IMG/VR virus record: IMGVR_UViG_3300028903_000203
Source: an uncultured virus (IMG/VR IMGVR_UViG_3300028903_000203)
Lineage: Duplodnaviria > Heunggongvirae > Uroviricota > Caudoviricetes
Strand: one strand, 5' to 3'
DNA: 64,000 nt
Shown here: piece by piece, positions 57,779 through 64,000 of the stretch
Numbering within the stretch: the stretch's first letter is position 1
How the letters are laid out: every line of letters starts with the position of its first letter
Notes under the pieces: generated by a model
The model's input: only the letters and a program-made list of their open reading frames with translations
Told to the model about the DNA's origin: nothing
Database searches by the model: none
Program-made: the position numbers and the translations under genes

Positions 57779-58825
57779 ATGTCATGCAAGGACTTCTGGG
57801 CTCAGGAAATGGCGGGCCGGCTGCAAAACGCCAGCCGGATCGCGGCCGGGCAGGTGGATGGCGCGCAGCGCTGTACCCGTGAGGGCTGTGATGCTTTGAT
57901 AAACCGGGCCACCGGGCGCTGCGTGCGCGGTCACGCGCAGCAGGGGCGCGGCCTGACGCAGCCCTTGGCTATGCCTATCGTCGAGGCGCTGGCCTGCTAC
58001 AACCGGGAACAACGAGCCGCGCAAGGTCTGCCCGTAGGTGTAGGTCCGGGCCACTATGAGGACACCCGAGTGCTCCTGGCCCAGTACGCCTTAGCCCGTT
58101 CCTTGGGCGATACCGCCGACCAGATGTGGGTGGGCCGCGCCTGGGATGGGGCCAACAACACGCTGACTAAGTGGTTCTTGCGGGGTGTATCCCGTGAAGC
58201 GGCGGAGACGCTGCTCAGGGAGCAGGGGCAGAACATCGGGGCAGCCGGACATCTGCTGGAACCAGCCCCCGAGTTTCTGGCCCGCGCCGTGCCGGGCTAT
58301 GGCTTGGCCGTGCCAAGAGGGGATGCTGCCGTCGTGGAGTGGGAACAGGCGGCGGTGCAGGCGATGCTGCACCTGGCCGAGGAGGAAACGGCCCCCGAAA
58401 CGGACGAGGCGGCCGACCCCCGCATCCAAGCGGGGCGGGCCTATTTGGCTGCCACGACCGGGCCGGCGGGCGACCAGTTTGAGGGGGACAACGCGCTGGT
58501 CCGTGGCGGGGTGCGGGTGGCATGGGAGGACCTCGGCGAAGGGCTGGATGGAGAGTACAACGAGGACGACCCCAACGACGTCCCCCTCCTGCGCTTCAAC
58601 GTCTATCGCCGGGACTCCGCCACAGCAGCTTGGGAAGAAGTCGAGCACGCCTCCTACTGCACGCGCATGCCGGCGGAGGCGGGTTCGGTGGCGAAGCGGC
58701 GCGGGCTGGAAATCTTGATGAACCGCTTCTATGATGCAGTGGTGGCTGACGATGGGGAAGCGGAGAACATCGCGGAGGAGCTGTCCTGGATTGGGCCAGA
58801 TGACGTGCTGGAACAGCAGCGGTAG
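57779..58825 (+). CDS. MSC-leader protein with acidic GEG.DGEY..DDP.D.PLLRF...SYCT domain
   Basis: GGAGG RBS; MSCKDFWAQEM leader. Confidence 0.85.
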   Translation: MSCKDFWAQEMAGRLQNASRIAAGQVDGAQRCTREGCDALINRATGRCVRGHAQQGRGLTQPLAMPIVEALACYNREQRAAQGLPVGVGPGHYEDTRVLLAQYALARSLGDTADQMWVGRAWDGANNTLTKWFLRGVSREAAETLLREQGQNIGAAGHLLEPAPEFLARAVPGYGLAVPRGDAAVVEWEQAAVQAMLHLAEEETAPETDEAADPRIQAGRAYLAATTGPAGDQFEGDNALVRGGVRVAWEDLGEGLDGEYNEDDPNDVPLLRFNVYRRDSATAAWEEVEHASYCTRMPAEAGSVAKRRGLEILMNRFYDAVVADDGEAENIAEELSWIGPDDVLEQQR

Positions 58826-58961
58826 GGCACCAATCTACAACCGGCGGAGCCACGTTCACCGTTATCCCATCCTAACCGCAGAAGGTCTGCGCTTGGCTAG
58901 GGAATTGGAGGAGTCGGGCGAGGGGGTGGACCTTGTGAATCACCGTCGACAGGAGAAGTGA

Positions 58962-60974
58962 ATGAGCTGCAAAGACTTCTGGGAAAAAGAGATGGCGGGC
59001 CGGCTGGAAGGCCCGAGCCGGGTAGCTCCGGGCCAGGTAGATGGCGGCCAGCGCTGTGACCATGCAGGCTGCCCCGCCCTGGTGAACTTGGCTACCAATG
59101 CCTGCGTGCGGGGGCATGTCCAGGGTGGGACCGGGATGCGCCCCTACCCCGCGGAAGTTGATGCCTTGTTCTGCGCGGTCGAGGAACTGCAAGCGCAGGG
59201 ACGGCTGGCGGCGGACGACCCAGCGTGGCAACGACTACAAGAGTTCCGCCGCCAGGCCGAAACAACGGCTCCCGGCGCACGGGAAACGCAGGAGACGCTG
59301 GGTGATCTCCTCGACTTGATAGAGCAAGAGGAGCTGGCCCTGGGCGACGACCCGGCGGCGCAAGACCTGCACGACGACCCGCGTGTGCGGGCCGGCCGCG
59401 CAGCGTACTATGAGGACGTGCAGGCAGAGCTGGGGGGACGCCCCTGCATCCAGCCGGGCTGCGGCCAGCGGGTCAATCCGGTGACGGCGAAATGCGGCCG
59501 GGGGCACGTGCAGTTCTATGCCGACCGCGAGGGGTGGGACGACGCGCCCACCGCGGGCGGAGGTATCCGGACGGAAGTGGACTTCATGCGCTTCCAGATG
59601 CTCACCACAGGCGTTGACGACGACCAGGTGAGACACAACGACCGGCAGGCGATCAGCACTTACTTGCGGCAGTGCCTGGGCGATGCGGAGGCCGATCCAC
59701 TGGCCTTGTCCCGCGCCAAAGAGCTGGTGGACCTCCTGCGCCAGCGTGTCCCCAACCCGGAGCGCAACATTCCCCGCCACTTGCGGCGGCTAATGGCCCG
59801 GGTAGACGCGCAGGGGCAGGCCGCGGGGGTCGCTAGCGCGGCGGAAGCACCCGCCGTGCAGTATGTGCGGGAACTACTGGCCGAAGACGGCTTGCTGCAA
59901 GCGGACGGGAGTGTGGTACTCGGCGACGCTGAGCGCCGCAGGCAGTTCTGGACTGACATGCTAAGCGCCCCAAATCTGGTGGACCGGGCCGGGCTCCAGG
60001 GCTTTGCGGAATACGACTACTCCAAAGATGCGGCGGGAAACACCGAGTTGAAGGTGTGGATCATCCATGAGCGCGGGCCGGGCCTGACGACAAACCAGCG
60101 GCGGTGGCTGGCCTATGAAGGGCACCTGCCCCCCCAGGACCACTGGAGCGCGGCAGAGATAGCGGACCGGGTGACAACCATCCAGCAGCAAGTCCAGGCC
60201 CAAGTCGATGCCCTGCGGGCGGGGACCATTGTGCCCTTGCCGGTGGTCGAGCGGAACGTAGAATCCGACTTGGGCTATGCCCCGGTGTGCCGGCTAGCCG
60301 CCGGGTTGGCTCCGGGGGACTCGCCGGTGCTCTTGCACGAGACCGAAGGAGGGTATAGCGTCCTGCTGGCTAACGTCAACGACCAGCCGGTGGGGGTGGC
60401 TTTTGTCGAGGACGGGCTGATCATCGATCTGGCCGGGTATGCCCATGCGGGGGTAGCGGCCGACTTCGGCGGGGGGGTGGTCGCTATTGGAGTGCAAGAC
60501 AGTGAGAACGAGGACGCTGAACCTAGCGTAGGCGTGTGGGCGGACCGCACCCAGAAGAAGGCAACCCACGAAATCACGTTGGCGGACGCAAGTGAGGGTT
60601 TGCGCCGGCAGCAGGAGGAGGGGGTCGCCAGCGCCACACCGCCCTGGGGCCGGGCCGACCGCCTGGCTCCGCGCTGGGTGCAACCCGTGCCCGGAGCTAG
60701 CGTGGGTGATCCTCCCGCCGTGGTAGCACGGTATGAGCAGCGCGTAGCGGCGGTAACCATTGGTCCAACCGGGATGGCCTTCGACATCCAGGGCTATGGT
60801 ACAGCAGCCGCGCGGGCCGGCGGGGAAGGCGGGATAGTCTACCTTGATTTGGCAAACCAGGCAGAGGGCCCCGTGCTGCTGGTGCGGAGTAAGATCAATC
60901 AGCAGGACGCGACGCACCGTATCCCGCTCGCGGGGGCGCGTATTCCGCCCCCGCGCACCAGGAGGCGTAGATGA
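58962..60974 (+). CDS. MSC-leader mosaic protein: internal second leader Zn finger; C-terminal duplicated domain shared with 54334
   Basis: AGGAG RBS; MSCKDFWEKEM; both proteins end THRIPLAGAR.P...RRR. Confidence 0.85.
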   Translation: MSCKDFWEKEMAGRLEGPSRVAPGQVDGGQRCDHAGCPALVNLATNACVRGHVQGGTGMRPYPAEVDALFCAVEELQAQGRLAADDPAWQRLQEFRRQAETTAPGARETQETLGDLLDLIEQEELALGDDPAAQDLHDDPRVRAGRAAYYEDVQAELGGRPCIQPGCGQRVNPVTAKCGRGHVQFYADREGWDDAPTAGGGIRTEVDFMRFQMLTTGVDDDQVRHNDRQAISTYLRQCLGDAEADPLALSRAKELVDLLRQRVPNPERNIPRHLRRLMARVDAQGQAAGVASAAEAPAVQYVRELLAEDGLLQADGSVVLGDAERRRQFWTDMLSAPNLVDRAGLQGFAEYDYSKDAAGNTELKVWIIHERGPGLTTNQRRWLAYEGHLPPQDHWSAAEIADRVTTIQQQVQAQVDALRAGTIVPLPVVERNVESDLGYAPVCRLAAGLAPGDSPVLLHETEGGYSVLLANVNDQPVGVAFVEDGLIIDLAGYAHAGVAADFGGGVVAIGVQDSENEDAEPSVGVWADRTQKKATHEITLADASEGLRRQQEEGVASATPPWGRADRLAPRWVQPVPGASVGDPPAVVARYEQRVAAVTIGPTGMAFDIQGYGTAAARAGGEGGIVYLDLANQAEGPVLLVRSKINQQDATHRIPLAGARIPPPRTRRRR

Positions 60975-62605
60975 GCTGCAAAGACTTCTGGGAAAAAGAA
61001 ATGGCCGGCCGGCTACAAGATGCCAGCAAGGTAGCTCCCGGCCAGGTGGATGGCGCGCAACGCTGTGTTGTGCCGGGCTGCAACGAGCTGGTGCAGCAGA
61101 ACACCCAACGTTGTGTGAAAGGCCATGTGCAGGGCCGGCGGCCAGCGCCAGACCGGGCGAGAATGCTGGTAGACGCGCTGCGCTGCTATGTTGAGGAGCG
61201 GCTACGAGCCCAAGCAGGGGGCATTGCCGCCGTCAGCAGCCCGATGTCGCTGACAGCCGCAGGCATCGCCTTCGCCTGCTATGCGCGGGACCATGAGCAG
61301 CCCGGTTGGAAAAGGACTGGTGTGCAGACCATGCTGCGCATAGCGGAGCGAGAAGCAGCCCAGAGCCCGCCGGGCACCCCGCCCGACCCGCGCGTGCAGG
61401 CTGCGCAGCAGTATCTCGCGGATACGGCGGAGCCTACGGGCGCTGCCGCTACGGCGGGCCCGGATATAGCCGCGTGGCAGATGGAGCGGGCTGCGGCGGC
61501 CATGCGCGACCCCACCTACCAACGGCTGATAGCGGGAGCCGAGCAGGCCCATTTGTACTGGGCCGCCCGCGCCAATTACACGCCGCCCCTGGGATTGTAT
61601 CTCTGGGTGCGCCGCGGCAACCGCCTGGGAAGTGCGCGCTATGACGAGGCCCATGGTTGGTGGGTGGGCGATGAGGTGGAGCCTGGCGCAGGTGCCACCA
61701 TAGCGATGGCCGCGCAAGTCGCTGCCGCCCGCGAAAGGGGTGTCCTGGTAGCCGAGCATTGTCCTGTGTGCGGGCGGATTGTGGCCGCCGCGGGGGGGCA
61801 TGTTTGTCCGGGCCAGATCACCGACGACTTGCATGGGCCGCTGTCCGATATGCTGATCGCCCTACTGCGACCATTCGAGGAAGATGGCGGGGCCGAGGGC
61901 TTTGTTGACGATGAAGATCGCTGGCACGCGGCGGTCCAGGACCTGGAGCGGGCGCTGGCGGGGGAGCCGCGTCCTGGTTTGGCCGCCTCACTCCGCTGGC
62001 TGCGGGACGAGGTGCTGGCGCTGGCGGGGGAGAGCGATATGCTGCGGGAGCGTCTGCTGCGCAATGCCGATGAGGAAGACTTCATCCACTATGAGGGGAA
62101 CCACGAGCAGGCGCTGTGGGCGGTGCGTAGGTATCTGGAGGGGGTGGAGAAAGAGCTGGCCGCGCCCGTAGTAGTAGAGGCCGCCGCGCCCGTAGAGCCG
62201 CCTCCCGCATACCGCAGCGTGACGCCGGAAACCACGGCCCGCGAGATCGCGCTGGCCGGCGGAGTAATCTCTTGGCCTGCGCCGTCACGCCAACGGCGAG
62301 GCAAGGGCAAATTGGCACAAGCCGCTGCCGTCGCGCCGGCCGTCACGGCGGAGCAATCCCTGGCGGACGTGCTGCGGGCCGGAGGGCGGGTGACCTTTCC
62401 GGACGGCTCGTGGATCGAGGGCCGTCCCAGCAACCAACCCCCGCGTCTCAATTATCGGGAACCGACCCACCCCCAACCGGATGACTACTCCACGTCATTT
62501 GTGTGGTGGGAGTTGGGGCCAGAGACCGTCATTACCGCTTTGCAGCGACTGGAAGGGGACCGCTTGCTCGCAGACAGGTGGGCGGCCCGCAAGAGCAAGC
62601 CGTAA
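60971..62605 (+). CDS. MSC-leader mosaic protein with HCxxCG...HxCP finger
   Basis: ATGA overlap; shares LA.SLR...DEVL...AL..VRRYL with 54334. Confidence 0.85.
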   Translation: MSCKDFWEKEMAGRLQDASKVAPGQVDGAQRCVVPGCNELVQQNTQRCVKGHVQGRRPAPDRARMLVDALRCYVEERLRAQAGGIAAVSSPMSLTAAGIAFACYARDHEQPGWKRTGVQTMLRIAEREAAQSPPGTPPDPRVQAAQQYLADTAEPTGAAATAGPDIAAWQMERAAAAMRDPTYQRLIAGAEQAHLYWAARANYTPPLGLYLWVRRGNRLGSARYDEAHGWWVGDEVEPGAGATIAMAAQVAAARERGVLVAEHCPVCGRIVAAAGGHVCPGQITDDLHGPLSDMLIALLRPFEEDGGAEGFVDDEDRWHAAVQDLERALAGEPRPGLAASLRWLRDEVLALAGESDMLRERLLRNADEEDFIHYEGNHEQALWAVRRYLEGVEKELAAPVVVEAAAPVEPPPAYRSVTPETTAREIALAGGVISWPAPSRQRRGKGKLAQAAAVAPAVTAEQSLADVLRAGGRVTFPDGSWIEGRPSNQPPRLNYREPTHPQPDDYSTSFVWWELGPETVITALQRLEGDRLLADRWAARKSKP

Positions 62606-62606
62606 A

Positions 62607-62634
62607 TGCTGTACTGCGAAATCTAAGTAAAGCA
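62607..62634 (+). repeat. 28-bp dif-like site, copy D
   Basis: TGCTGTACTGC-GAAATC-TAAGTAAAGCA, 25/28 identical to copy B; 1 bp after a stop codon. Confidence 0.7.
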
Positions 62635-62664
62635 TCGTTGTAGGTAGGCTGTGCAGGATACACC

Positions 62665-63762
62665 ATGTCGTGCAAGAACATCTGGGAACAAGAGCTAGCT
62701 GGCCGGCTGGAATGGACCACCCGCGTGGCTGCCGCGCAGGTCGATGGCGGGTGGCGGTGTGACCACGCTGGCTGCACCGCCCTGGTCAACCGGGCTACCA
62801 ATGCCTGCGTGCGGGGCCATGCGCAAGGCAGCAGTGCGCCGACCTACCAAGCGGAAGTTGGAGCGCTACTGTGTCTGACGGAAGAACTGGAGCAACGCGA
62901 CTTGCTGCGCCGGGGCTTTACGAAAAAGCGACGGCGGCTGATCCGGGACTACCCCGCTGGGATCACCGGGGAAGTCGGACCTCTGGGCGAGGATGGTCTG
63001 GGCGACGTCCTCACGGTGGTGGGGCGGGTCATCCGGACGTTGCGGGCTGAACCCGCCGCCGCTCTGGACGGCGACCCCCGGCTACAGGTCGCCCGAGCGG
63101 CGTATCGGCTGGGCGTATGGACCAAACTGGAGGCCCTGTGGCGGGCCCGCGCGACTGATCTGCCCCTCCCGGCCATGTCGGAGGAGCTGCCCTCCGACCC
63201 GACAGCAGCAGCCCCGGTGGCACAAGCGGCGGTGCGAGCAGCGACCGGGGTGGACAGCTTCACGGTGACAGTGCGCGACGGTGAACTGTGCCTGGGCATC
63301 GGCACAGAACAGGACTGGGGGCTAGGGGCGCGGGCCCACACCGCGGTCGAGCAAGCCGGGTACGACCGCTTAGGATTACGGCCGGCCGCTGGCGAGAACC
63401 GGATCGGCCCCGGTTGTGCCATCAACCCGGGGGAATGGGGCACCACTTGGGGGCCCCGCTTACGAGCAGCAGCGCGACAGCGCTTGGCGTACCAAGCCGA
63501 CCCGCTGGCGACCGCCCCGCCATACCTGTGCGTGGTGTTGCAACAGGCCCTGGGGGTCTATCGGCGCACGGGGGACATCATCCTGGCTACCCGCGACAGC
63601 CTGGGGTTTGGTATCGGGGCCCGGCGCGCGGTGGAGATGGAGCGGTGGCTGGACGCCATCTCCCATCCCCTGGCTTGGCGCACGGGTTGGACCAGGGATG
63701 AAGCCCGCTTCAAGCTGCTGGTGCGCGAACTGGCGGGGGAGAGAGTGGACTACGACTCGTAG
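62665..63762 (+). CDS. MSC-leader protein, unknown cargo
   Basis: MSCKNIWEQEL leader; ALLC..EEL...DPR module. Confidence 0.85.
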   Translation: MSCKNIWEQELAGRLEWTTRVAAAQVDGGWRCDHAGCTALVNRATNACVRGHAQGSSAPTYQAEVGALLCLTEELEQRDLLRRGFTKKRRRLIRDYPAGITGEVGPLGEDGLGDVLTVVGRVIRTLRAEPAAALDGDPRLQVARAAYRLGVWTKLEALWRARATDLPLPAMSEELPSDPTAAAPVAQAAVRAATGVDSFTVTVRDGELCLGIGTEQDWGLGARAHTAVEQAGYDRLGLRPAAGENRIGPGCAINPGEWGTTWGPRLRAAARQRLAYQADPLATAPPYLCVVLQQALGVYRRTGDIILATRDSLGFGIGARRAVEMERWLDAISHPLAWRTGWTRDEARFKLLVRELAGERVDYDS

Positions 63763-63775
63763 CCGGAGGCGTGCG

Positions 63776-64000
63776 ATGTCCTGTAAGGACTTCTGGGAAA
63801 AAGAGATGGCGGGCCGGTTGGCGGGGCCGGCGCGGGTCGCGGCCGGCCAGGTGGATGGGGCGGAGCACTGTGTTGTACCTGGCTGCCCCCAACTTGTAAA
63901 TCGGGCCACCGGGCGCTGTGTCGGTGGCCATGTCCAATATCGTCGCCAGACCCCTGACCAGGCCCGGGCGTTGGTCGAGGCCCTGGCGTGCTGCACCCGC
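63776..64000 (+). CDS. MSC-leader protein (3'-truncated by window edge)
   Basis: GGAGG RBS; MSCKDFWEKEMAGRLAGPARVAAGQVDGAEHCVVPGC...CVGGHVQ is open to the end of the window. Confidence 0.85.
   Translation, partial: MSCKDFWEKEMAGRLAGPARVAAGQVDGAEHCVVPGCPQLVNRATGRCVGGHVQYRRQTPDQARALVEALACCTR

Noticed and set aside
4251..63996. Many minus-strand ORFs containing similar 'PSTWP...SLQLI/M' peptides
   Set aside because: These are antisense shadows of the conserved leader DNA in GC-rich sequence, with no RBS or independent coding signal.
4394..64000. CRISPR array or integron attC cassette array as the explanation for the periodic repeats
   Set aside because: The repeats are protein-coding, degenerate at synonymous positions and 0.5-2.3 kb apart. 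Genes overlap or abut, leaving no room for attC sites. I saw no cas genes or IntI-specific insertion.
4394..64000. Classical polymorphic toxin-immunity locus
   Set aside because: Only three small leaderless genes (18148, 40756, 52557) are interspersed among 37 leader genes, so most have no candidate immunity partner.
1..64000. Diversity-generating retroelement, tRNA/rRNA, phage structural or T4SS genes
   Set aside because: I recognised no reverse transcriptase, adenine-specific TR/VR pair, RNA gene, or structural/conjugation gene. The type of element therefore cannot be fixed from this window.

Overview
A GC-rich 64 kb accessory region, most likely part of a large mobile element (plasmid, ICE or phage-like); the host cannot be determined from the sequence. 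It is dominated by two co-directional + strand arrays (4394-23208: 12 genes; 27367->64000: 25 genes). Together they hold 37 genes that all start with the same ~55-aa N-terminal module, roughly M-[ST]-C-x~17-[VIT]-x2-[GAS]-Q-[VA]-[DN]-G-x2-[RH]-C-x4-C-x~10-C-x2-G-H-x-Q. Each module is fused to a different, often mosaic C-terminal cargo: ArdC-like ssDNA-binding plus HExxH protease, PI3/4-kinase-like, SWIM Zn fingers, DUF6573-like, DUF7007-like, solenoid repeats and many unknowns. Four copies of one conserved element (GC palindrome + -35 + TACAAT) look like the promoters of the arrays. A central module encodes a CoiA-like nuclease, a tyrosine recombinase with all catalytic motifs and an RlpA/DPBB-like secreted protein. 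Four near-identical 28-bp dif-like sites (11-6-11, invariant GAAATC core) lie at gene boundaries in alternating orientation, and one overlaps the recombinase stop codon. A consensus sigma70 promoter on the minus strand points into a strongly structured ~95-nt candidate small RNA. All domain names come from motif recognition by eye, not from database searches.
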